In this document: piece by piece, positions 1 to 10,745 of the stretch
Layout of the letters: each line of letters starts with the position of its first letter
Position numbering within the stretch: position 1 is the stretch's first letter
From: Amoeboaphelidium occidentale
Lineage: Eukaryota
DNA length: 36,030 nucleotides
NCBI GenBank assembly: GCA_023515795.1
Contig: JALGPX010000108.1
Location: 1-36,030 of the forward strand
Reading direction: 5' to 3'
Notes under the pieces: model-generated
What the model saw: the letters and a program-made list of their open reading frames with translations, nothing else
Told to the model about the DNA's origin: nothing
Databases searched by the model: none
Made by a program: the position numbers and the translations under genes

Positions 1-1534
1 TGTGCCTATAATCTTGATACTTACTGAACAACAGATTTTCGAATGAATGCCAATAAGGATTCTTTGCCAGCACGGGATTTTCCTCTTTAAGCTTCGACAT
101 TCTTTCATGCAACTCAACAACTGTGAGTTTTTCATCAGAGAGATATAACTCCTCTTCAAATTCGCTGAACAGAATTCCGATTTCAAAGCCAATGAGCTCT
201 ACTTCGGATTTAGCGATGGCGGAAACATAAGATTCAGGAACGTATATCTTCGTTTTGGCGTTCTCGTAGAAAAACTGAGCAAACTCGCTGGGATAATCGT
301 AAAGCCTTTCCACAACACTTTGTCCAATTCTGCAGTCTCTCACTATTCATGTAAACGGAACTTATGTCACCACTAAAAATCTCCCTGTTAGTGAAGTAGC
401 GAACGTAAAAGGAAACATCTGAAGTTGCTTTTCGAATATTCGAGCTGGATTCCTGAAAGCTTGAAAGATCCCTTAAATAGTCAAGATTCTGTGCGATGTT
501 CCGAATTCTTTTTTCTGTTGGTAAGCCCTGGAGGGTCATTTTGTTTGCTTCCGTTATTGAGCTTTTCATCGTTTTGATTTGAAGAACAAAAAAGAATTGT
601 TTGAGGATTCAGGTCAATTTAAACACAGTTCAATTGTTTCAGGCGACGCGAGGAGCTTCAAGGTATAATCTGTGACGACCCAATAGTTATATATATCCAA
701 TACTAACGCCAACACTTGAGACTGAATGCCAAAAGCAACGGTTGATCATGTATTTGGCAAGCTGGAGATTGTTTGGCCTCACCACGGCTATGCCCTGTTG
801 CTTTTCCTTTCCATTGACTATAATAATAATTAGCAAAGAAATAAATATCAAAGAAACTTACGCGGGNCCACAACACTTTGTCCAATTCTGCAGTCTCTCA
901 CTATTCATGTAAACGGAACTTATGTCACCACTAAAATCTCCCTGGTAGTGAAGTACCGAACGTAAAAGGAAATATCTGAAGTTGCTTTTCGAATGATAGA
1001 GCTGGATTCCTGAAAGCTTGAAAGATCCCTTAAAGAGTCAAGATTCTGTGCGATGTTCCGAATTCTTTTTTCTGTTGGTAAGCCCTGGAGGGTCATTTTC
1101 TTTGCTTCCGTTATTGAGCTTTTAATCGCTCTTATTTGAAGAACAAAAAAGAATTGTTTGAGCATTCAGGTCAATTTAAACGCCGTTCAATTGTTTCAGG
1201 CGACGCGAGGCCCTTCAAGGGATAATCTGTGACGACCCAATAGTTATATATATCCAATACTAACGCCAACACTTGAGACTGAATGCCAAAAGCAACGGTT
1301 GATCATGTATTTGGCAAGCTGGAGATTGTTTGGCCTCCCCACGGCTATGTCTTGTTGCTTTTCCTTTCCATTGACTATAAACTGAGTAAGTAAAGAAATA
1401 AATATCGTTTAAACTTACAGGCGAGGACCGGAATAATAGGAAGCCATGTGTCCCCATCCATCACCATACATGGAGTAGTCGTTATTCTCGCGACAAACGT
1501 ATGGTGCCCCCGGAACTCTACAAAAAACTTTCAT
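1..1534 (-). CDS. Multi-exon hypothetical protein, runs off the window edge, partly duplicated across the N at 867
   Basis: Exon-like frames on the minus strand (MKVFCRVPGAPYVCRENNDYSMYGDGWGHMASYYSGPR; FIVNGKEKQQDIAVGRPNNLQLAKYMINRCFWHSVSSVG; KIYVPESYVSAIAKSEVELIGFEIG...PYWHSFENLLF) separated by short gtaagt/gttagt...cag introns. No family recognised, and the true start may lie further upstream. Confidence 0.45.
310..1418. repeat. Direct tandem duplication of ~550 bp (310-861 and 868-1418) joined at a single N (867)
   Basis: Both copies start ccacaacactttgtccaattctgcag and stay colinear to aaacttac, with scattered substitutions. The ORF track shows paired near-identical ORFs (234..569 vs 920..1165; 703..885 vs 1260..1457). 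Confidence 0.9.
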
Positions 1535-2117
1535 TATAATTATATTTTGATGAGATAAAATTCGAAACTGTACTAGCCTGCTTTTAAGGCAATGCGTTGT
1601 ATCTTGAATCCCTGATTAATTGTTTGATCGAACCTCCATCATCAGGATTCGCAGCATGGTCCCAAAATAAAAGCAACTTTTGGAATGCACTAACTATAAG
1701 CATTCGTACTATGTTAAAGTTTCGAACAAGTTTCTAGATTATAATGACGCCAACTCAATTATGAAACCTTTACCGTATTAATTTTGTTTGTGATCCAGAA
1801 ATACTCGCCTGTCTGAAACATTGCCTACCATAACATGATGTAGAACAATTAATATCCTTTATGTGGATTCTATAAAGAAAATTATGCTGGCTTCACTACT
1901 TCACGTCTGATCAGACGACTTGAATAAAGTTTTGTTTTCCATGGACCATCGACTTAATGGTCACAACGCCTCGCTTTGTATAGCCCTTGAAAAAGGCGGG
2001 TCTACGCTTCAGAATGCAGCTTGTATTGCAAACGTGTAGTTTTAGACTATGTGTCCTTAGCAACGTGGAACGATTCATGATCCTCATGATGGATATTTAT
2101 AGTTTTTCTGTTTCAAC

Positions 2118-4634
2118 ATGCACTTGGTCTTTTGCTTCATCCTCTTACTCAGATTATGCGACACTTCAACATATGAGTGGACTTGGCTGAAAGGTGATCG
2201 ATTACAGAATACGCCTGCGAAGTTTGGCCAAACTGGTTTCCCGTCAGATGATGTGATGCCTGGAGCAAGAACAGAAATGAACTATTGCTTTGATCAGGAG
2301 AGAGATACACTTGTTATTTTCGGCGGGACCGGTGTAGCCAAGACTTCAGATATCGGAACATTGAACGACGTTTGGTCATACAATGTTGCTACTAATCAAT
2401 TCACACATCACTTTGGTGGGCAGTCCATTTACCAGTCTGGATGTTTCACTGACAGGGGAGTATTTAGCTCGGAGAGTTCTCCTAGGGGACGATCTGACTC
2501 CAATGTTTTATGCTCCTTAGATGAAGATAGCATTTACTTGTATGGACCTACTTTCACAGTCCCTGGCATAGAACGTAACCGCGCCACCAAAGAAAGATTA
2601 ACTTGTAGCTGTGCCGGGAAATGATTTGTGGCAGGTTTGTAATGTTGTCTACATAATCTGACCATGGATAGTTTAATCTGACATCTCGAATGTGGAAGTG
2701 GATAAATGGACCTGCCCAAGAAGATTTTGGCCCAGATGCTCCACAAGTTGGAAGCGCGCTTTTCAAAAGTGCTAAAAACAAGAATAACAAGCTTTGGTAT
2801 ATATTCGAGGGGTGGGATGTAATTAAACAAGGTTATTTGCTTAAAGCGACTAATTTTTGTAAGGCCCAATGATGAAGTTGTGGACATTTAACTCTTCTAA
2901 TGAGACTTGGACTGCGGAAGATACAAGCATAGGCGCCTTAGGAAGAGAAGCCTCTTATCTTACGACTTTAGAGATATTTCCCGATGAGAATCAAATGTTT
3001 ATATTCGGTGGAGAAATTTTTCGAGACGGTAATTCTTAGTCTCATTGACCTAATAGTAGGATTGTCAAATATTTCTTCCCAGCTATGGAGCTATGACTTG
3101 ATCACAAAGGTTTGGAGTAGATCTTTCAAGACCTTCGAGAATGATATTTTGGGCTCATATGAAAACTTAAAGATAATTTCGTTTGAGCAGCATCCAGGCG
3201 CCAGATACTATCATGCTTCAGCCTCAGATAGCGAGAAAGGTTTAATCTTTGTTTTTGGTGGGATTGGTTATGGAGGAGGGGCAAAGGGTAAAAAAGGCGT
3301 TCTGAGTGATTTGTGGGTGTATGATTTGACCTATAACGTCTGGGTCTGGTTGTCTGGATCGAAAGAACTCAATCAAAGAAATGTGTTCGGAACTAAAGGT
3401 GTTGCAAGTCAGTCATCTAAGCCTGGATCTCGAGCTAACTTGGTTGGATTTTTCTCAAAGTCTAAAAATGCTTTCATTATATTCGGAGGAAAGTTTAATC
3501 AGGACGGTACTCTTCTTGAGAACCAAGTGTGGTCATTCGAGATCCCAAAAAACCTTATCCTTGATTTGAATTCTACTATAAACTCTGAAACGCTTGCATT
3601 GACATCAATGTCAGTAAGAAGATCTAATACAAATCCAGGCCTATCCGATAATGAAGAAACTGTTGATAATACGAGACTGCTCATCACAGTGGCTGTATCA
3701 GTAGTATTAATTGTTGGAACAGGTCTTGCTTTCTATATATTTAACGCAAAGAGGTCTAAAGCACAACTGAATGAGTCGAAAAGAAAGCTGAAGGGTCAAG
3801 GAGTTTCGACGTCAGATGCAAGCACAAATTATACAGCAACGCAAAGAGAAAAAACCAACATGAATGAAATGACGCTTTTTACAAAAAATGTTGGAATATC
3901 GAAGCCAGGTACAATATTATCTTTAGCGCTTCATGGTTTTAGGTTTCGCTGAGCTTTCACGAGACGAATATGCTATGCTTGAGCTTATCGCAAAAGGAGG
4001 AGGTGGCCAAGTTTTTATTGGAGATGCTTTCTCTGAGAAAACATCTGCGTACGGCCAAAAGATCATAATCAAGTTTATCGGTAAAAGCTATTACTTTTTG
4101 AGCGAACTACAAAGAAAGGCCTTTGATCAAGAAGTGGCAGTAATGATGGCTCTGAAAGAGTGCCCAAACATCGCCAAGATTATCGGTTATTCTAATGTAC
4201 CGTGTTTGATGGTTATGAAATTATATAAGGATGGTTCTTTAAAAGACTGGAAAAGTAAGAAACATTTAGTTCGAAACGAAAAATTCTATTTATGTTTCGA
4301 CATAGCATTTGGTATATATCAGCTTCATCGTAGAGAGATAGCTCATTGTGATTTAAAGCCTGCAAATGTACTTATTGATACAGAAAATGGTGTTTTACGA
4401 GCTTACATCACAGACTTTGGAATCGCACAAGTTCTCTCATCCACAAGCTTGGCGGCAAAATCTTTCAAATTGGCGAATCTTAGAGGACTATCGATTCATT
4501 ATGCGGCACCAGAAGCGTTTGGGAGATTTAGAAATAAGACTGAAGAGACACCACAAGTGTTGAAAGCGGGTGACATATTCTCTTTTGCGATGATAATTTA
4601 CGAACTGATGTCAAATGTTTCGCCATGGACGTAG
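2118..4634 (+). CDS. Receptor-like protein kinase: signal peptide, Kelch-repeat ectodomain, single TM helix, TKL-like kinase domain (multi-exon)
   Basis: Hydrophobic N-terminus; Kelch motifs IFGG...LNDVWSYN, VFGGIGYG...LSDLWVYD, IFGG...QVWSF; TM LLITVAVSVVLIVGTGLAFYIF; kinase motifs AKGGGGQV, IIIK, HCDLKPAN, DFG, APE. The ORFs join through short introns, e.g. 2575-2608 (gtaacc...ttgtag) and 3909-3942 (gtacaa...ttttag). Confidence 0.85.
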
Positions 4635-4657
4635 AAATTCGTTTCAAGTAGATGAAA

Positions 4658-7600
4658 GGGTAGCATAGAATAAAAAATTTTTGGTCACCCAAACACTTAG
4701 TCGAAACCTGGACCGGTCACCGGTTGGTCAAGGCAAAAAAGAATTATTATTTCCAGTAAAAATACCAACCTGCACAGATAAAATTACTGAATGGCTGAAT
4801 AGAATTCTGGTCATGCAAACTATAACTGCCAGAAGAGTCAAATTTCGCTTGTTACAAGAATCAAGTTATTAGCAGCACTCAAAAGGGAGAACCCGGAGAA
4901 CAACTATAGGAGAGACCACAGGATACTCACAAAAGTCAGTCAGCCCTATGAACGGAGCATAGCAATAATTGAGAACATCGTTTTTGCTGCTTTTTTCTGC
5001 GGTAGTACCGTATATTGATTTACTCACACAGAGATGGATTAAAAGTACACAGACACGGGCACTGAAATATTTGTATTATAAGCGTTTATTCATTGGATGA
5101 TATACACCGAGAGAGGCCTTCCTTCTTCTCTATCCTTTAATAGACACTTTAAATGATCGCAAAGTTTTCTTAGTGATCTTTTGCATTTAACAGCCATCAG
5201 AGTTTGTAAATGTTCAAGCACATCATTCTTCTGCAGTTCTTCTTCCCACATCAGAGTTTTAACTGTATCATACAACGGCTTTCGCCTTGTGTAAAACTTT
5301 ACTTGTAGTGTACCATACAAAACAAGAACTTGAACCGAAATGAAAGAATAGAATTTTTGCAATTTTCGTGATAGTTTGGAGTCTTTTTCATTTTCTGATA
5401 TGAAGAAGAAATGCAAACTACCTGATGAAGGTGACGAAGATTATGATCCTGCTGTTGAGGATGATGCTGCTTCCGAGCCCATGGGGGAACCTGAAGAGGA
5501 AGAGGAGGATGATATGACCCCTATCCCAATGACGTCAATTGTAACGAGAAAGACTGGACTGAACTCCTTGCTCCCTAATGAAATACTGAGGACAAAGATA
5601 AGAGATATGGTTGATGCAATGAATTTCATTCGATATCATGGGTCCCGCCTTCTTAATCTCTATGTTGTGCAGATGTGCTCAGAAGGGCGGGATTTGGGGT
5701 TGTTGACCTGTGGGTATGGAGGCGTTTTACGACACTTCTTTATGGCGGTTTGCAACAATGCCGGTCATCATCGAACCACTCGTCTTGATGATAATGTTGC
5801 CCCTCTGGCTGAAATCGATAGGAATAGGGCTTTTGAATATGGTATTGAGTTTCCTTTGAATTTCGGAGTATCTAGTACCTTAAACAGTATGGTGGCCGCA
5901 TATGAGACAAATTTGATGAATTATATTACAACTACGACGACGTGTGGTAGATTTCGTAGGTGGCTGATGCATTTCTTGGAGCTGGAGTATCCGGATTGTT
6001 TTAAAGTCAAGAAACGGAGTACATCCGGTGCAAATTATTGCATAACATTGTTGAATGCAATGCCGAAGGAGAATGCTGAGTTACCAGAGCTTCCAAAAAT
6101 ATTAGAAAAATTTGCTAAGAAACACGACAGGACGAGCATTTTGAGGGCCCTAAGAGCAGTGTACAAGTCTTTGGCGGCTAAAAAAGTACAGAAAAGTCTC
6201 TCGTTAGATAAGGAGTTTTTTCAGAAATACTGGTACGAGTTCATGAACTTGCAGTATCACATTCTTGAACACTTTACGAAGTACTCTGAGGCAGATGCCC
6301 AAACAAGATTGGAAGAAAATCGGCGTGGCAAAGGTGTAAGAGTCAATAAAACGGTGCCACTGGCTGATGTTAAAACTTCCCATGTGTTTTTTGACGGAAG
6401 TGGTCTTTCCGAAGTGGTTCACCGGGCGTTCGAAGAAGAATCATTTGTTGGCCCTCCCAATCATCCAAGAGATCTTACAGTAATGAAACGAAAGGCGCTC
6501 TTTACTGGCATTAAGTCGAGGGTGCTATTGTGGAATTGGGCTGTTAAGTTGAAATGTGTAAAACATAATAATCTGGACTTCAACTACTCATTCAGTACTG
6601 ATGAAGTAAGTGTGTCTGTTCACTTTAAAAAGCCTAGTTTCAAGGAATAACTTAATGACAAAGAGTTTCTGTGGAGTAACCAGATGAAGTATTCGCCGAT
6701 TTGCATTGAAACCGGGTCGTTGTGGGCGTTGACCCTGGAAGAATTGATTTGGTTGTTTGCTGTGATGGCTCAAGGAAGAGTTTCGGTTGTTCAGGAAAAG
6801 AATGGCAAGAAATCGCTGGCTTCAGGTGTCAAAGATGGCGTCAGAAAAGTTGGTTAGAGAAGAACGATAATATTCAAACAATTGTAAAGGATATGCCTTC
6901 AGCAAAGGTCACAAAGGTCGAAGTCGATCTCACTTATCTGAACTACATTCTAAGACACTACGCTGCTCTCGCTGATTTTTACGGTCCTCAAAGGTGGAGG
7001 CAGTTAAGAAGAAAAACAGAAATTAAGAAAACCAAAGCCTTTGATATTGTGTGCAGAAGAATCGCTGGAAAAAAATTTCGAAAGAGTCGTTGCTTATGGC
7101 TCTGGTGGATTTTCTAGCTGTTCGCGTGGACATGCACCGTTACCGGTGAAGGGTTTGTTTAAAGCGTTGAAACAGAAGAATGCTCTTGTTCGTCTGGTTT
7201 GGGAGCATCGTACAAGCAAACTTTGCTGTTAGTGTGAAGGCGAGTTACCTGAAGGCAAGAGATGGCAGGTGAGAATTTGTAAGACTTGCAAAATACAATG
7301 GAATCGTGATTTCAACGCTGCTAACAACATAAGGAAGATTCTGATACACATGGAGGAGAACAGCGGAGAAAGACCATACAATTTTCTAACGAAGAAACAA
7401 CAAAAAAGCAAGGGAAACGACTTCATTGTCGGTGGATAACCTTGGCTAGCTGTAGTAAAGCATTATTACCAAAAATCATGAAATTTCACGTCGAAGGAGC
7501 TATTTGGTTCATCTATTTGGTTTCGGACCAGTGTGATTGATTGACAGAAATAAACCGAACTGTTCTGTATGACAAAGACGTTTAATTTCATAATCGTGAA
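4658..7600 (+). mobile_element. Putative non-autonomous Fanzor-carrying transposable element (boundaries approximate)
   Basis: A ~3 kb island between the kinase stop (4634) and the promoter of the next gene (TATA at 7764) that holds only the Fanzor-like gene and unusually long non-coding flanks. GC-rich palindrome at 4707-4733. No TSD or clean TIR identified. Confidence 0.5.
5400..7439 (+). pseudogene. Fanzor1-like RNA-guided endonuclease (eukaryotic TnpB homolog), ~680 aa when reconstructed, disrupted by stops and frameshifts
   Basis: ATG at 5400. N-terminal RKTGLNSLL...IRDMVDAMNFIRYHGSRLLNLYV; FSTDEVSVSVHF (resembles the TDG-V-S-V-S motif); RuvC-I VVGVDPGRIDLV; VVAYGSGGFSSCSRGHAPLP; RuvC-II WEHRTSKLCC*C; Zn-finger VRICKTC; RuvC-III WNRDFNAANNI; tail RPYNF...IVGG then TAA 7437-7439. 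Lesions: TAA 6648, frameshift ~6650-6680, TGA 6707, +1 A in the A7 run 7069-7075, TAG 7230. Confidence 0.9.
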
Positions 7601-7620
7601 ATCGTCCATATAAAGGGTTT
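7440..7620 (+). ncRNA. Candidate omegaRNA (Fanzor guide scaffold) region
   Basis: Assigned mainly by position: Fanzor/TnpB guide RNAs are encoded at the element's right end, at or downstream of the ORF 3' end. Local complementarity: atttcacg 7483-7490 with cgtgaaat 7595-7602, and atgaaatt 7478-7485 with aatttcat 7584-7591. Confidence 0.25.
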
Positions 7621-7763
7621 GACGATCATCGGCTACTGAGAGCAATCATATATCAATTTTAAGGATTCTTCTTGCGTAGGTTTTTACGGACACGAGGAAC
7701 CCTGAAGGAAAATGATTCGATCAACAATCAGTGGTGGTGGCCCAAGTTGCCATCACTAATCAC

Positions 7764-7771
7764 TATAAATA
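7764..7771 (+). promoter_or_regulatory. TATA box
   Basis: TATAAATA about 40 bp upstream of the ATG at 7807. Confidence 0.5.
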
Positions 7772-7806
7772 CCGCCCATAAAATCTGTTGTAACACTATC
7801 CAAGAA

Positions 7807-8021
7807 ATGAAATTCTTACTGATCTCAGCAGCTTTGATCACTCTTTCAAGTGCCGCCAACGTTATCCAGACTAAAACGTATGTTCCAACGAGTTCTTTCA
7901 TTTACAACTGTGTAGATTGTTGCGTCAACCGAAGCCAGTTCCAACAGTTCATTATGACACGGAGTACATTCCCGTATTTCACAAACCATTCAACAGAACC
8001 ACGACTACGCTAGCGCCTTAA
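7807..8021 (+). CDS. Small secreted protein (58 aa, 2 exons)
   Basis: Removing the 38-nt intron 7878-7915 (gtatgt...gtgtag) gives MKFLLISAALITLSSAANVIQTKTLLRQPKPVPTVHYDTEYIPVFHKPFNRTTTTLAP*. Signal peptide, upstream TATA, AATAAA at 8025. Confidence 0.65.
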
Positions 8022-8060
8022 CCCAATAAACGCCTTTAACCATTTATTACTATCAAGGAT

Positions 8061-8834
8061 TTAAGCAAATGCGACAACAGGAGTTTGTTCTTCCTTATTC
8101 TTCTGTTCCTTATTCTTTTTCTTCTTGTGCTTTTTCTTTTGCTTCTTTTCTTCAGCTGAAGTAGCAGCAGTAGCAGCAGCAGTTGTTGAAGTAACAGGCG
8201 CAACAGATGTTTCGGTCTTCTTCACAGCTGCTTTTGCAACAACAGGTGAGTTCTTGACAGAGGTTGGTGGTGAAGCTGGTTCTTGAGGTGCAGGAGTAGG
8301 AACAGGAGCAGCTTGCTGTTGAGGTGCAGGAACAGGTGAAGCAGAACCATCTGAAACAACAGCCTTATCAGTTTCATCGTTAATTGCCTTTGCCTTCTGA
8401 AGGTACACGTTCTTCTGTTCTTTAGTCAATGCACCCCATTCTTTACCAAGTGCAGACATCTTCTCATTCGGTGCCATATCCAAATGAGGGCGTCTTTCAT
8501 TGCAGAACAACATGTATCCGGTCGTGTGCTTTTTTCTTTCCTTCTTCTCAGCCTTGACCTTGCGCTTTTTTTGTTGACTCTTAAACTGAGGTACCTCCAA
8601 AAGCTCAGATGGTTCTGGACCTTTGGCCAATGCTGCAGACTTACAGAACTCATTGATCAATGCCTGTCCTTCAATGATCTTTTGTTGTCCTTCCTGGATC
8701 AAATCCTGGCCTGCGACGAACTAAACTATCAGATACTTAACAAAGTTATGAAGTACCTTCGCAAAATCTTCAGTATCAACAAGCAATTGAGCGTAAACGC
8801 GTTTTTTATTGATGTTCTGTTGTGTTGGTGACAT
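8061..8834 (-). CDS. HMG-box protein (2 exons) with Pro/Ala/Thr-rich linker and Lys-rich tail
   Basis: HMG box KKHTTGYMLFCNERR...MSALGKEWGALTKEQKNVYLQKA. First exon MSPTQQNINKKRVYAQLLVDTEDFAK from 8834, followed by a gtactt donor. Confidence 0.85.
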
Positions 8835-8875
8835 TTGACTGAAAATTTAGCAAAATCCGGCTTTGGTGGGCGTGA

Positions 8876-10406
8876 TCAGTAGCGATTCTGAAAATCCTTC
8901 ACAAAGTCCGTTATTTTGGACATTCCAACTTTAGCAATGTCCTTCAGGTTTTGCATGTCAGCATTTGCTTGTTCTTGAATGGTTTTAGCAAAGTCTTGAG
9001 CCAATCCACCAGCATCTTGCAGCATGTCTAACAGTTAAATATCATTCAATTAGAAAAAATACCTTGCACTTGAGCATTGCCATTCCTGCTACGTGCAAGA
9101 TTATCTTCATTTCGATCATAAAATTGGGCTGATGATATAGAAGATTGTCCTTGAAACTTTTGTAACTTCACTGTGCTTTCTGCGTCAGCCGGAGCATGAG
9201 CGTCTCTCTGGAAATACATATCAGAAGAAATCGCTTTAGCTCCAGCGAATTTCTGACGAGCACCAGTTTCTTCAGGTTGTTGCGAACTTGAGTTTGCAGA
9301 TGATGTTGACTTTCCTGAAGCTGCAGCAACAGCAGGACCAGTTGCACCGAATCCCAAAGATCCAAATCCTCCGGCACCCTGTGCTCCAAAAGAACTACTA
9401 GCGCCTAATCCTAATCTGTCAGCGGTAGACGCTGCAGTTGTAGAAGTAGGAGATAAAGGCTCTTGATAAGCCAGCCTCGATGAAAAACCATTAGCCTTGT
9501 CTGATGAAGAATTATTTGCAGTGTTATTGGTTGCATTCATCTCTAGCAAACCCTGTTTCTCAAGCTCTTCCCTTCTCTTTGCTTCTTCCTTAGCTTTCTG
9601 TTCTATATCATCAAAAGATATTTCCACCTTTTTGACACCAAGCTTTCCTTTCCGTTTAGGCTGTGAAGATGTTGTAGTTGTCGTCGATGCAACAGGCGCG
9701 GACGAAGATAATGAATTTGCTTGTTCAAACCCACCGACAGGTGAAACTAAAGTATCATTTGCAGCAGGTTGGTTGATATTCTCTGTTGAAAGCATCTTCT
9801 TCATCTCTGAAGCACTTGGTCGCCGTTGTTCGAATGATCCAACTTCTTTTGGTGAAGTTGTCTGAGGCTGTGAATTAACTGTCGTAGCAGGTTGTCCCCA
9901 TCCCCAATTCCCGTCATCAAAAAAATCCTTATTTTGTTGAGTGCTCGCAGCAGCTGCAGAGTGTAAATCATCCGCTGTGAACTTTGGATTCCTCTGAATA
10001 TCTTCCAGGACCTTCTGCCCTAAGCGTTCCTTGTACATCTGAGCAGCCCTTGAAGAATATTTCGATTTAGCGTCCATCTGGTTAATTCCGTGCTGTCTAA
10101 AGTACTCCTGCGCATTCTGATTACCTCCAACCTTCATTGCTCGAAGCTGGTCCCAAGTCCACTGGTCCAGCTGAGTCGATCTCACAAAGGAAATGTGTAC
10201 ACCCAAGTTCCGGTGCACAGCTGAGCAGTCCAGGCAGAGGTAAATGCCAAAAGTCACACTGGACCAAGTTGGATTCTTTGCATCACAGTCAAAGCAGATC
10301 TTAAAAGTTATCAGCGGAATTGTTCCCTTCAAAGAATTACTTTATTTTCCCTCTTTGCCGTTGCCTTCTTAAAGAAATCCAGAGCGAATTCTTTTGTTGG
10401 ATTCAT
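8876..10406 (-). CDS. GLO3: ADP-ribosylation factor GTPase-activating protein, ArfGAP2/3 (Glo3) type, 3 exons
   Basis: [40 protein letters not shown] zinc finger; Glo3 motif [17 protein letters not shown]...SSISSAQFY. First exon [14 protein letters not shown]; last exon ends ...DFQNRY*. Confidence 0.92.
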
Positions 10407-10745
10407 TCTATGGTTGTTGTTCGGATCGCTTGACGAAATCAAACAGGGCTGAAAATGATACATCCTTCTCTCTAAGGATATCAGGTTCGTTACGTATCTA
10501 GAAAGTGGAGCTTATTAATCAAGAATAGATCAACTATCGCTTCTCAATAAGTTTAACGGACCTCTTGTCTTACACTCGTCAATCGACTCAATCAAACACA
10601 TCTTAGCAACAGTTGATGAAGAGCTACCGCGCAATTGTCTCACTTGATCAGTCAATAGATCAATGTCGCGGCCAATGTCTTCATTATCAATCCTGAAGCC
10701 ATCCTTCTTCTCCAGGGGGGCTCATCATCTCAATTTGGTTTATTT

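Noticed and set aside
5090..5416. Minus-strand 108-aa ORF as the transposase partner of the Fanzor
   Set aside because: No DDE, HUH, serine- or tyrosine-recombinase motifs recognised, and it is too short.
7069..7078. Programmed ribosomal frameshift at the A7-TTT run in the Fanzor
   Set aside because: Restoring the frame needs +1 rather than the usual -1. The other lesions indicate ordinary decay or a homopolymer error.
6648..7232. TAA/TAG reassigned to Gln (as in Amoeboaphelidium protococcarum), making the Fanzor intact
   Set aside because: Conserved host genes here end in TAA/TAG and have long ORFs free of internal TAR codons. The Fanzor also has a TGA and two frameshifts.
10536..10545. 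atcgcttctc matching the 5' end of U2 snRNA
   Set aside because: The match stops after 10 nt and the GUAGUA branch-recognition sequence does not follow.
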